Of a stretch of 64,000 bases of DNA, positions 1 through 14,200 are shown in pieces. The stretch comes from Callorhinchus milii (lineage: Eukaryota): contig NW_024704743.1 of the NCBI RefSeq assembly GCF_018977255.1, positions 76,138,001-76,202,000 of the forward strand. The letters are read 5' to 3'. A program made the position numbers and the translations under genes. Below the pieces are notes generated by a model. It had not been told where the DNA came from, made no database searches, and saw only the letters and a list, made by a program, of their open reading frames with translations. How positions within the stretch are numbered: position 1 is the first letter of the stretch; each line of letters opens with the position of its first letter.

Positions 1-855
1 CCGCTATTTTTAGAACATCCTCTCTAAGACTCAGCTCAGTAGTTGTACAGACTTTCATTCAAAGCTTGCAGTAACCATTCATTAACATCAATTGTCTCTT
101 CAGGAAACAACACATTACCAGATTGTGACTTCACGTTTGAGATTACTTTATCAAAGTCACATTAAACATTTGTTCTGAGACCTTGGCAAAGGATCAGGAA
201 GCGTCAATTTCCTAGTCACAACCTAGAAGTACAGTTATGCAATTCAGCAGCATGCAAACTAATTTAAATTCAATTCATGGAAGTGTATAATCAGGAGTTA
301 CTGGAAAATCCTGAACACCACAGGAGTTCTAGCTACAACAAGATCACAAGAAGGCCCTTCACCGCATCCTTCCTGAATAACCAAACCCCTTGCATCACAA
401 TGACAAGGTTTTTTTAAAAAAACAAAAAAATGAGTCCAGCATCCTGGCCTCTACCACCCTTTCTGATAACCCATTCCAGTCCTTAATACCCTCTGTGTCA
501 AGAAACATTTCCTAGTGTCGGTCCTGAAATTGCTCTCTGCAACTGTAAACTAGTGTGGTATAAACAGTGGCAATGATACTGCCATCAAGTGGCCCTATAC
601 AGTTCCTTGATGCTGCACAGTTTGTGAATGGACTTTATGCTATTTCTCAACATTTAATCAAATCTTGCAATCCTTACACATTTTCACATCTAATAACCGA
701 CTTTGAAAAATGTTCATCCACAAACTAGACTACACTTTACTGTAAATCCTGTGAATTGCTTTGAGATGTCCTCTGGACGTGAAAGGTACTATATCAGAAG
801 CAGGATTATATTCACTGGCAAGTGATCTTTAATTGTAATCTTAATTAGTGGGTAC

Positions 856-945
856 CTCCAATAGGACAGAGACTGCCCCCTGTACGTTTCCCTGTTTCTC
901 CAGGAGGTAAGCAAGTGCATCATGTACGTGATGTTTCTTCACAGC
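856..945 (-). CDS. VPS8: VPS8-like exon 36 (AVKKHHVHDALAYLLEKQGNVQGAVSVLLE)
   Basis: tag|GCT ... GAG|gtaccc; 90 nt, phase 0-0; AYLLEKxG motif. Confidence 0.9.
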
Positions 946-3900
946 CTAGAAACAAAATGAAAAAAGGCAGTTTTTTTTCCCACTCTCACATATTAGCAAT
1001 ACAATTTCTCACAGATTGTCACAGGTTAACAGTGAATTGCTACCCTAAGACAGGGATGTAGTCTAGTTGAGGTCATCTTATTTCAGAATAAGTTCTGTTT
1101 GAGAGCACATTTTATGAGAATGCATTGGTTGTATGGGAATGATAATCAAATGAGAGACAAATTAGACAGACTGTATGTCTTTACCAACAGGGACACTTTG
1201 AACTGAAACAGCTTTGGTAAAAACATAAAAATGCTGCTGCCTGCCTCACTGAGTAAGCAATAATGTCAGCTGAGTTTCCAAGACTACTCTTCATATTCAG
1301 CAAAGCTTTAGTGACAAGGTCGGACATCCTTACACAGTATCTGCTCATGACAAGTAAAGCAAATGACTGCCCCAGAGGCAGGGCCTACAGCTCCACAGAG
1401 TTCGAAATGGTGCATATCTGACTTCAAGGCAGTCCATTTAGTCCCATTGGTTGTATGAGAATAATAATAAAATTATTTAAGTTATTTTCCTGAAGTGATT
1501 ATCTTAACCCTGAATCAGACTGATGCTTGTAGTACAAGCCATATAAAAGTGGCTCCCCAAGTTTAGCAGTAAGCATCTCGTAACTTGCTGCATGTGTATC
1601 TTTAAGGTTTGGGGTTAACACATGTAAGCAGAGCATTTCCTTTGAAAATAAAATAAATGAAAGAAAAAACATTGCAATACACTCCACTTGAAAACACAAC
1701 CAAGGTTCCATACCTCAATTGCTTCTTCAAGGCGGTAACTCTCGGACATGGTGAGAAACGTTGTCACTAAATCTGGTTTATTTTGACATAACAACTCAAT
1801 GTACTTCTCATGATATTCCGCGTTTAAAAGACTGGCATCCTGGAAAGGCCAAGGTACTGTACTACAAACCAAACACACACACATTAATGTACAAAGTTTG
1901 ACACACGACCAGAACATGAGAATATTACAGGTGTTAAACAAAGTGACGAACAAGATCTGTGAGGTGTGGTGGTTAGTTCAAAAATATGCAAACATAGACC
2001 CTACAAAATAACATGTTGCCAATTATTAATTCATAATGCATTTAATCTAATTTATGGTATTTGGAAAAGGAATTATTTGTAAATAGTGAACCTGCTCGTT
2101 CCCTAAACCTAGCTCACATTCAACTTAATTGCAGCAAAAGGTTTCCAATATCAGAGTCGACTTCCAGATCCACTATTTACAAATCCAATCACTAATATCA
2201 CAACATTGGATCTCAAGGTCCCTCCACATACTACAACTCCAAGGTGACGAGCTTGACAACAGAACGTCAGAATCGAGCCAATCCTCTGTAGTAGTCTGGC
2301 TCTTTGGTAGGACTTGGAGGGGCAGACTGGACACTGGGGTGGAGAACTCTTCCCACTCAGCTCCTGTTAACCCTGCATGCTAAATCCCTAACAGGTAGGG
2401 AGGTCCTAGTGGGGCAGAGGTGGAGGATGGCGGTCCTGGTCTGGGACCAGATGTGGATAGGATTGCTTCACAAGACTTACTTTACAGTAAATCTTGTGAA
2501 GCAACCACATGTCTCATTACATCACCGCACAATCCTTGCAGAAAGCCAGCCAGCTCCATCAATCTGGTTGCTGTGTTTTGAAGCGCGATAACAGGATTTG
2601 GGATTTTTTTAAGCTTACAAAAAGTCGGGGTCCATAACCCAATCACATTATAAGTGAACCCGTGTTAAAATGGGGTACTATTGTATCTTTCTTCAAATTC
2701 TGAAACCATACAAATGTACTCACCTCGGATCCAATATCCCATTAAGAAACTGAAATAGCAATTGTGGATCCTAAAGATAATAAAAGAAAGATGCAATCAA
2801 TCACAACAACATTTCATTTATAGAGCGCCTTTCACGTCGGGAGGACGTCCCAAGGTGCTGGACAATTGGGTCGGGATACGAGCAGGGGGGAAATGGTCAG
2901 GGTGAGGGGAGGGAAGGGAGGAATGGGTAGAGAGTCGAGAGGGCAGCTGAAGGCACGGTCGAAGAGAAAGGTCTTGAGACCGGCCTTGAAGGAGGGAAGG
3001 GAGGAAGCAAGGTGAAGGCACTGGAGTTCCAGAGCCTAGGGGCTGAGAGGCTGAAGGTCTGGCCACCGATTGTAGGGCGGTTGGGGCGGGGGATGTGGAG
3101 CAGACCGGAGCCAGAGGAACGGAGGGTACGGTTGGTAAGTAGGGGGATAGTAGGTCGGAGAGAGCAAAGCCGTGAATGGCCTTGTAGGTGAGGATGAGGA
3201 TCTTGAATTCGATCCTCTGGGGGATGGGGAGCCAGTGGAGGCGAGCGAGGGTGGGAGTGATGTGGTCTCGAAGCCTGGTGCGGGACAGTACACGAACTGC
3301 AGAGTTTTGAATGACCTGCAGCTTGTGGAGGGAGGTGCTGGGAAGGCCGGCGAGGAGAGAGTTCCCATAGTCCAGCCTTGAGGTGATAAAGGCGTGGACC
3401 AGAGGGGTGAGGTAGTGCCGTAGTCTGGCGATGTTTCGGAGGTGATGGAAGGCAGTGCCAGTTGTGGCGCGGATATGAGGAAGAAAGGACAGCTCAGGGT
3501 CCAACAGAACGCCAAAGTTCTTGACTGGCTTTGAGAGGTGGAGAGTGCAGCCTTGGATGCTGATGCTGTCAGCGCCTGAGGTGCAGAGGCGCTGACGTGA
3601 GCCAATCAGGAGGGCCTCAGTTTTGCACACATTGAGCTGAAGAAAGTTGTCTCTCGTCCAGGACTCGATGTCGGACAGGCAGGCTGTCAGGACATCGGTG
3701 GTCGTGGAGTTGAGGGTAGAGGAGGAAAGGTAGAGTTGGGTGTCATCCGCATACATGTGGAAGTTAACCCCATGTCTGCGGATGATGTCACCAAGGGGGA
3801 GCATATAGAGGGTGAAGAGGAGGGGACCGAGGACAGCCCTGAGGGACACCGCACAAGACAGTGCGGGGGCTGGAGGAAAAGCCGTTTGTGGAAACAAAAT

Positions 3901-6900
3901 GAAGACGGTGGGAGAGTAACCACTCAAGGACAGGGCCTTGAAGGTTGAGGTGGGAGGACAAGCAGTGGAGGAGGACAGCGTGGTCGACCGTATCGAATGC
4001 AGCCGATAGGTCGAGGAGAACGAGGAGGCAGAGGGAGCCCTGGTCGCAGATAGTCAAGATGTCAGCTGGGAGGTGACAACTCTTTCAAGGACCTTGGACA
4101 GGAAGGGGAGGTTGGAGATGGGCCGGTAGCTTGATAGCTGCGACGCATCAAGGGAGAGTTTTTTCAAAGTGGGAGTGATGGTGGCAGTTTTTAGGGGAAT
4201 GGGAACAGAGCCAGAGGAGAGGGATGGGTTGATGATGTCTGTGAGAAGTGGGGCAAGGAGGTGGAGCTGAGAGATAAGGAATGGAGTGGGGGTGGGGTCA
4301 AGGGAGCAGGTGGTGGGTTTCAGGGACAGGATGAGGTTGGTGACAGAGGGTGGGGAAACGGGTTTGAAGGTGTGTAGGGGAGGATGGTAGGAGTTGGAGT
4401 GTGGGAGGGAAGGGGTGGGGGGTGGGTGGAAGTTGGAGGGGGAGTGACCGCGGAGTGGAAATTCCTTTGATTTTGGATTCAAGGAAATCCAGCATTTCCT
4501 CGCAGTGAAGGTTGGAAGAGATGACCTGCGCGGGGGACGGAGGAGTCGGGATGTGGTAGAGAACAGAAGCCTGGGGTTGTTCTTCGCCTCCAGGATTATC
4601 CTGGAGTAGAAGGACAACTTGGCTAGAGTGGAGCGGTAGGTTTTGAGGAGGTCCAGCCAGATTTGTCGGTGGACCGTTAGGCCAGATTTGAGGCAGATGC
4701 GTTCAGCGGCCCGCACCTGGCTCTTCAGTGAGCGGAGGTGGGTGGTGAACCAGGGGGAGGAGAGAGAGTAAGACACAGTACGAGAGGTGATGAGGGCAAG
4801 AGTGTCGAGTGTGGAGGAGAGGGTGTTGTGGAGGAGGGTGAGAGCAGAAGAGGGGTCTGTGAGTGGCAGAGTTGATGTGGAGGCAGAAGTTGAGCGAGGA
4901 GAGCAGGGAGGAGAAGTCCGAGGAGATGGAGCAGGAGGGGGTGAAGTGCAGGTTGAAGTCGCCCAGGATGATGAGGCGATCAGAGCAGAGGCAGAGAGAT
5001 GTTAGTAAGGTAGAAATATTGGAGATGAAGGTGGGAGAGGTTTTAGGGGACCGGTCGAGGAGGATTTTGAGTGAGAGAAAGGAGGGGTGGGAGAGGGTGA
5101 GATGCTCAAAAGAGGGGAAAGAGCCAGAGGAGTAGGGGGATAGGGCAAGTGGTGTCCTTGAGATAAAGGCTACACCATGGGTCGAGGGATGTGGTGGGAG
5201 GTGTAGCCGGGTGGTGTGGCCTCCGTGAGGGGGAAGGTGTTGCCTGGGGTAAGCCAGGTTTCCGTTAAGGCCATGATGTCAACGCTCTCATCAAGGATGA
5301 GATCGTTGATGACCAGGGCCTTGTTACAGAGGGAGCGGACGTTTTGTAGTCCGATGTAGAGGGAGCGGTTGACAGAAGGGTCCAGGGAGGGGGGGTCCAG
5401 GTTGTGAGGCAGGGGTGGGGGGAATGGGGATGAGAGGTTGGCTCCCTGGGTCTGTGTCCGGGGTGGCTGGCGAGTGTGGTGGGGAATGGGGTAGTCGGTG
5501 TGGCTGCTGCTGGTGAGCCCCGCGAAGGATTCCCAAGATGGAACAGAGGGAGGTTGTGGGAGGGTCAAGTGGGGATAGAAGGCGAGGGGACGGAGAGAGA
5601 GGAGGACAGAGTGGGAGAGATGCAGAGGGGGGAGGGAGGGAGGGGGTGAGGTGGCTCGGGTCACAACTTTGCAAACTATACATTAAACACAGATAGAAAG
5701 AGACAATAGTTAGTTTAGTCACCAGGATTTGTTTTGCATGGTATTCAATGCAAAGCACATGCTGGTGACTGAATGAACCTTTCAGTATTATTGCTGCTAC
5801 AGGTTCACAATATTTTGCATTTGAATCAACATAGAGCAAAATCGATTTTGTTTTACAATTGTCATTACATTTACAGCTGGAATCCTGAAAAGGCTCTATT
5901 GTATATAGACGGATGCCGTTTAACCCTGGACGCCTGGTAAATTGAGCAAAATGCCTGGCCCTGATTCATTTGTATTCTTACCGGTCTTAAATATGCCAGT
6001 TGATTAGGACAAAAATACGATTAATACGGTCAAAATGTGTCGCTGGTCGCCGGTGAATGAACTCACTCTGGCCTTCTGTGTGTAGAGCGGCTCCATTCAG
6101 CCACAAGAGGTTCAAGGATAGAGATGGGAGGAGTCTTTGGCTGATTGACAACAGACTCCAACCATTCACAACTCACTGGAGTTGCGCTGTCAATCAGTGA
6201 GGGGACCGAGGGAATAGGAGGAGTCAACTCACGATTGATTGACAGCTGGAGCCACTCGTGAATGGGTGGAGCCTACAAACATTCACATACAACTGCAAGG
6301 CTGTCAATAAACTTGGAGACACCGCTAATTGGTTGCAATGGGAGAGTAGGCATTGCTACCACTCCTCTGCTGTGCTGGGCGGGAAGAGGTAAGAGAACTT
6401 TGGTTAACCTCAGATGCCTCTGGAGCCAGACAAAACGGCCGTCCACAATGTGTCCGGCTTCACAGACTTCCACTGCATTTCAAAATCTTGGTGGCGGAAG
6501 GGAGAAACAATCTTAAAACATTTGTTTGGTACACTTCTGAATATCTTAAAAGCACACATCATAATGGCAAGTGGCTCAGACTCCACAAAGTAAACTAATG
6601 CAACTTGCTTAACTTTGTAAGCAATTTAGATTCAATATATTGTATAATTCAATGTCGGAACAGTTTTCTTATGAATTCAAGTCCTAATTATGAATAGTGC
6701 ACTGCAATATAGTGACTGCATCAACAATTCACTGAAACTGCAGTAACGTAATGACAAATCTGTTCGCAGAGTGTCACTGAAATTGCATCGTTTGGTGGTG
6801 AGGAGAGGGGAAGTAGTGGGGTTTGAAATGATTGTAAAATTCTGTTAAATTTTGTAAAACTCACTTTCAGTATTTCCAGGATAGTTGCGATACTGCTGGA

Positions 6901-9900
6901 AAATTCCCTAAGTATTAACATTGCAGTCTGTCGTGGATTTATTTCCAGTAATTCCTACAAAGTAAAAGCAATTGTTCGTTAGGAAAACAAATAATTGTTT
7001 CACTAGAGTTTAGTATATTTGTATTGATCCCTCTTTAATTACACATATGGCACCTTAACGCAAAACTATCAAACATTTAATTTGTGCATTGGTATACATT
7101 GCAAGAACAAAAATTACATTAACATTTTAAATAGAATTAGACTGAAAGCTATGGATGTTCACATGTCCTCCTTGCCTTTCTAAGTAGATGCAGACTTATC
7201 CAATGAACAATGAGCTGTGCCAATCCTCATTTGATCCAGGATCCTTAGAGTCACCAACACTTAAAACACTTCAGCCAGTTAGTAACAGGGACTTCCACGG
7301 TTTTAAATTAACTAAGTTGTGGAAGATTAATTAACTAGAAAGAGAAAACAATGCTTTTCCATAAGCAATGGATCAATGGCACCAAGCTCAGGGTGCTCCA
7401 GGGGATGGTCACTCTTGGTAGCTACCCCAGCCATTTTCATCACAACAACAACAAACAACAAATTACATTTGTGTAGCGCCCTTCATGTCAGGAGGATGTC
7501 CCAAGATGCTGGACAGTCAGGGATTTGGAGGCAAGGGAGGGAGCAGGGCAAAGGGACTGTCTGATGGAGTTACGAAGTGTGGGGGCAGAGAGGCTGAAGC
7601 CAGAGCCTACTGAGCAGAGAGGTCGATATGGAGTTAGCAGGTCATAGAAGTAGGAAGGAGCAAGGCCATGAAAGGCTTTGAATGCGAGGTCAAGGATTTT
7701 AAACTTTATCCTCTGGGGGATGGAGAGCCAGTGGTGCCAGGCAAGGATGGGGGTGATAGAGCCAACAATCTCCCAAATAAAGTTGGTCACTCACTCCATA
7801 GCTGTTTGGTGGGACACTGTTGTGTGCAAATGGTTGCTGCATTTCACCCATAAAATACATAGTCAACCCATAATGTATTTTTTATAGGCAACTTTAAAAA
7901 GTTAAAATAAAAGACAAGAAATCTCTTACATGAATGTGATTAAATAATTCTTCCTTGAATGAAACACTCTCATCTTTGGTCATCTCCACATTATTTATCA
8001 CATGATGGATATACTTGTGCACTTGGATCTGTGAACATACACATTATTTATAATGTAAACATTTTGAAGAAAAAGTATTTTGAGCTTCAGACTTTTGTAC
8101 ACGAAAGTGGCCAAGTTAATCCAGTAAAAGTCAATGTGAATTAACAATTACATCAAAAACAACTTGCACATATATAGTGCTCTCCACGCAAGGTAAAATC
8201 TCAGAGCGCTTAACAGTGCCAGAGCCTGACTCCAAGCTAGTTGGGGGCAAGGCTAGGTGACCGTAAACACGGTTGACAAAGAAGGTTTTCAAGCGGGACT
8301 TGAAAAAAAAGGGAGAGGGGGGCAAGGTGGAGGGATTGAGGGACAGTGAGAGTTATGAAGAAGCCCTTTGTTCAATTCAAATATTTTGAAATGAAGAATT
8401 AAAATGAAGTTAACCTTACCTTTCTGATCTCATCATGAATATAACACATCAAGATTTTGCTGTGAAGACGTTTTCTCTCATACACAAATTCACAGATTCG
8501 ATAGCTAAATACAGCAACATGATCAAACAGAATTTGAAAATTAATTGGGAAAACCAGAGTGGAAAGTTCATATATTTTAATTGAAACCACAATAAAAATA
8601 TTATTTGTAAGAGCTTCTTCTCCCCAGCATTACATGTAACAACAACTCGCATTTTATAGCGTCCTTCATGAGGGGTAGCATCCCAGAGCACTTGGCAGTG
8701 GCGGAGTCTAATAATGAGCCAGGAGAGAGGGAGGTGGAAGATGACTGTAAACCTGATCAGAAAGAAGGGTCTTTAGGTGGGATGTGAAGGTGGGAAGGGG
8801 GGGAGCAAGGCAGAGGGATTGAGGGAAAGAGTTTTAGAGCTTAGTGGCTGAAGGCATGGCCACCGATGGTGGAGCTGAGGGGACGAGGGACAGACAGGAG
8901 GCTGGAGCCAGCTGAGTGGAAGCAGTGGGGTGTGGGGGGGGGATAAGCAAATCGGATAGGTAGGGAGGTGCGAGGGCATGAAGGGATTTAAAAACAAGTG
9001 TGAGGATTTTTCAATCAATCCGTTCGGTATTAGGAGCAAATGGAGCCTGGCAAGGATTTGATGGGGGTACGGAGTTTTGTGTGGGTAAATATCCGGATGG
9101 CAATGTTTTGAATTAATTGTATTTTGTGTATGGTGGAGCTGGGGAGACCAGCGAGGAAGACACTGGATAGTGTAGCCAGGAAGTGATGAAGCCGTGGACG
9201 AGGGTTTCAACTGCGTTGGTTGTAAGGTACGGACGGAGGTGGGCAATGTGGTGGAGGTGGAATAAAGCGTTCCTGGTCAGAGAACAGATGTGGGGTAGAA
9301 AGGAAAGCTGGGGAACAAACCTGATGCCTACGTTGCGCACGGGTTCAGTGAGTCTGAGGAAGAGCTCGGGAAGGTTGAGGAGTTCAGACCCGCAGAAAAG
9401 AAGATGTTGATGGGAGCCAAAGAGCATGGCTTTCTTCTTCCCGATATATACAATGCTCTTGCCTTAATTTTCTTTCTATATACTGTATATAGCTAAAATT
9501 GTAGAAGTAGTGATCTCCACTCAGAATTATAGCAATGCAACATAACTCAGCTATCACCAATTGTGTATGTTTGGCTAAGTGAAGATTCCCCATAGAAGAC
9601 TTAATCCCCATATGTGTTCAACAAGAACCAACCATTTATTTAGCATGTGAAGGAGAAATCTCGAAACATGTAATATACAAATGTAAACTATTTTAATTGT
9701 CAAGTGCAAGTTGTAAATGCAATGCTATATAAATGCAATTTATTTTTGTTGTAGAAAATAGCTGCACAGAAGGGGACCATTCAGTCCATCATCTCTGTGC
9801 CACTCTTACCTGTTTTTCTCAATCACACTTCTCCCCCCCCAATTAATCCCACTATCCAGCTCTTTTCCTCAGGCCCCCTTAAAGCTCTTTAGAGAATGAG

Positions 9901-11260
9901 GTGAAATAGAAAAGTGAATGGAGAAAAAATAAAACAGATGGGATGTGGTCATGCTCTACTTGCCACTACTCCAGAGGAGAAACAGGAAAAGTCACTGATG
10001 GGGAAAGATGAAACATTATATGATTCATGCTCCAATGTCTTTACAGTTTTCTCATTCAGTACTTACAATTGCACCTTTTCAGCCAAAGAAATTAGTTTCT
10101 CTTCATCAAAGTAAACAATCCCCCCTGCTTGAAGGAGCTCCAGCAATGCCTGGATGATATGGGAGAAATCGAGTGTTAACATTTTACAAATTTACTGCCA
10201 TTGAACACATCCTGAAAGATGAGATAACCAACTCACATTCACAAATGGAGCTACTTTTCTCTTCTTCAATTACATTCTGTACTGAAGTTGAATTGCAGTG
10301 TAATCTCCCCTCACAAATGTGCTACTTTGCAAGTACTCAAGCTGCAAGTTAAAATGTAACTTAACTAGTAATTCGTAACTCATTCATAACTTTTTAATTA
10401 AATAAAATCATTTGATATACAGAGCACCCTGGAAGAGTTGCTGCTTGTCTCTTAGCAGATCAACATCACGGTGCTCACGCTTACATACAAATCTCTTCAC
10501 AACCTAGCACCTCCCCATCTCTGATCATCCACCTTACTCTTCTGCTCACCCCCTCATAGTCCCTTACTTAACCATGGAGCAGGCATGCTAGTCCAACAGC
10601 AGCCACGATGCCACCACCAGTTGGAATGCAAACGTTCTTTAATCCTCATCAGTGGACCTAGACTTAGGTGATGCTATTGCGGGTGATACTATTGTTTCAG
10701 CCCAGTGCAGAGTTTTTTTTTAAAAAACTTAGCCAAGTCATTAAAGATGGAGAAATGAAAAAGAGGTCTATATCCCGTCTATAAAATTCACTTTAAAAAT
10801 TACTTTAAAAGGAAAAAAATTAGTTACATCTTTATTTAGATAGCATTTTTCAAGTTCAAAAGGCTTTATTTAAAAATGCTGTAAATTTGGACCAATGGCT
10901 TTGCCATTTTTAATGTGTTTAGTAAAATAAATTTAAGGAAAAGGGAATTGTAAAGTGAATTGAATTACATCCGACTCCTGAGAGCACTCGCTTTGCAAGT
11001 GAGAGACCTGAGTTCAATTCCAGGCAGGGCGAAACCTTGGGCAAGTTTCCTTACTCCACACGCCTAATAATAATCCCTCCAAAAAAACAAAACAATAATA
11101 AATTGGTCATTTTCAATCTACGACTGTTTGTGGGACATTGCTGTGCGCAATTGGCTGCCGCGTTCGCCCACAAATATACAGTCAATTCACTTTACAGTGT
11201 GTTCTGTGAAGCGCTTTGGGACGTCCTCCCGACGTGAAAAGCGCTATATCAAATGCAAGG

Positions 11261-11295
<35 letters not shown>

Positions 11296-14200
11296 GTTGT
11301 ACTCACATTTGGAGAAAAATACTGGTAAATATTAAGCCGAAGGTGGGGCTCACAACACTCACCAGGATTTTCACCCAATTGTCTCTAATCCATCTGACAA
11401 CAGGAAATGGTTGAGGTACAATGCAGCTCTATAGGTGTGCACAAGATGCTGCACAAAAACAGCACCAAGTTTACCAGTCCTCTAACTCTCATTCCTTCCT
11501 TGTGGGCAAACAATTGCTTCTACTTTGTCCCTCTCTCGATGCCACATGGAATCTCTTTCTATGTGGAGAAAGCAACTATCTAGGTTGTAGGTTGTTTTCA
11601 TTCTTTAATGTGTTTAACATAGACAGCATACTTAGCACTTGGTTTACGACTGGATTTAGTTCTACCCATAGGATAGACTGATTATTATTTTGGTAAGAGA
11701 AGGTTTATCCAAAATGAGGCCTGATCCTTTTAGAACCTCTTTTTTCTAACAAATGAAAGGTGTGGCTCCCATATTCAAGCTGACTAAATAAGGAGTGGGT
11801 GATCATGCTATTCAGTTTGTTTTGACATGTGACAAATAAAACAAGAAGGTAACAAAAAGGAGGAAATGCCAGCCCTATACCAAGTTAGGGCCCGAGGGGA
11901 TGATGGAGGGGTAGTGTGTAGAAGAAGCCTCCATTTCTTTCTCATGTGAAATCTTTTGCATATCTCTAGAGTTTTCCAAAGTACAGGAATGGTTGGGTTA
12001 CAAAAGGAAGGTCCTGGTGGTCCCGGGACATCAGCTATTAAGGTTTTGTTGAAGACTTTTGAATTACACACATTGTCTTAACAAGTCATCCTGGATTAAG
12101 CTATTCCATCAGTAAAGTGATATATAATACACCATCGACATTGCTATCTTAGGTTTAATAAGGGGAGAAAATAGCATGAATAGCATGATGTATTCACTCT
12201 GTATATGGTTGGGTGTATTACTGGAAGCTAGGATTCTTCCCACTCAGCCCCTATTTATCCTGAAAGCCAAAGCTCTATGTGTAGACTGTTCCTCCTTCAA
12301 GACGGTCTCAAGACCTTTCTCTTCAACTGTGCCTTCAGCTCCCCTCTCAACTCTCTACCCCCTCCTCGCTCCCTCCCTTCCCTCCCCTCATCCTGACCAT
12401 TTCCCCCTACTCAGGTCCCGACCCAACTGTCCAGCGCCTTGGGACGTCCTCCCGACGTGAAAGGCGCTTTATAAATGCAACCTTGTTGTTCCTAGTTAGA
12501 CAAGTAGTGGGAAGTTTGACAAACAGCTCTCAACAGCAAGCTATGAGATATTAGTTGGTTGTACTCCAACAATACCACAGCTAACAATCTGGGATCCCCA
12601 AACCTCAGGTTTTACCAATCAGTCTTAAAAACTCTCCAGAATAAGGAAAGCAGGTTGCAGCCTCCTGGGAAGAGAGTGCATATTCCATTCAGATGTAGGG
12701 TAATCTCCTATGTAGGTTGGCAAACATGTGTGGAACTCTCATTCTGGTTTGGATATTGTTAAGCCTGGTGATGGGTTTCTATGCTTGTCAGGCTGACCAA
12801 AAAATCATCTGTGCATGAGTGACTGGTATGCAAGAACATTCACATGTTTTAGTAGTCCGTAATTCATTGTGTTAAAAGGGAAAGAAAAAAAAGTTGGCAT
12901 GCTCCATTTAAATGACTGGTGTCAAAGAAACAAAATATTCTTTCTTTTACCTGCTGTCTTTCCTCATGGCGTGAACTGTCCTCTGGATCACACAGGAAAT
13001 CTAACACCTAGTGAGGAAGCAGAACTGAAGATTACACACCGTATCCAAGAGTAAAAACCTTTGATTGATCAAAAACACTTAGGATCAGTTTTGTTTGTAA
13101 TCTTACACATTTTGATGATTTATGAAGTGAATAGCCATTTACCATTGCGCTTGGTTGTGCAGAGTTCAAGTGCAATGTGTGTGAGTCTCATTGATTATGT
13201 GAAGGTAGTGAAGCACTTTGTGGTGTAACATGGTTTAAGCAAAGAGATCTCCATAAAATATAAGATCAGAAATGTTGGTAAACATTAAGTTCTATCTTCA
13301 ATTAGAAATCCTCATGTTGAGTTAATTTTAAGAGAAGAATTGTCTGGTTGCTCTGAAGAAACAAAGGCTCACGGTTTGAGCTCCATCAGCAAGTGCAAGT
13401 ACGTACTGAAGGAGAAGCATCAACCTCAATACAACAACATACTTGTATTTATACAGTACCTTTCACATGAGATGCCTTTTGAGCATTTCACAAAGACGCG
13501 ATCGACACTGAACAGGGAAGAGAGGAAGAGGGTGAGGTGCCTTTGTTCCTCCGAGTCTGGCCTCCTCCTCGTCCCCCAAGTCCTCCACTCCACCCTCGGC
13601 GGCCGTGCCTTCAGCCACTGTGCCCCGAGGCTCTGAAACTGCCTTCCTCACTCCCTTCGTCTCGCTCCCTCTTCCCATTTTCAAGTCTCTGCTGAAGACC
13701 TTTCTTTTCGACCGTGCCTTTGGTCACCTTCCTCCCCCTCCCCCTGGCTTGGCCCCAGGATCTGTTACTGTAAAGCGCTCTGAGACGCCGTCCGGCATAG
13801 AGGGCGCTATATAAATCCAAGTTGTTGTTGTTATTGTTGTTGACCACAGACGTGGGTTTACGTCGGCAGATTTTAAAGGGAAGTACAGAGGGGTCGAGCC
13901 AAAGAAGGGGTAAAGGAAGAAGTTTCAGATGTTACTAACGTATAATCTGAATTCTCGGCCACTGGTGGTGGAATAGAGAGAGGTCGGGAGGTATGCAATG
14001 AGCCCGAGTTAGTACAACAGAGGCGGGCGGGTGGGCGGGGGGAATAAAAGAGTGGGATCGGGGCAATTCAGCCAAAGTTTGAAAGAATTGCTATGAGAAG
14101 GAAAGTTGAAAGAGGATGATATGAAGTTTCAGGTAGACGCTTTCATTCGAGTGACCCAACATCCACTTCCTACTTTCACCTCACTATCATTCTCACTTTG

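Noticed and set aside
119..211. Possible VPS8-like exon 37
   Set aside because: The AG/GT-bounded segment has an in-frame TGA and no VPS8 similarity; the next exon presumably lies outside the window.
2818..3927. Functional 369-aa reverse transcriptase gene
   Set aside because: A fragment of a frameshifted, internally deleted L2 ORF2.
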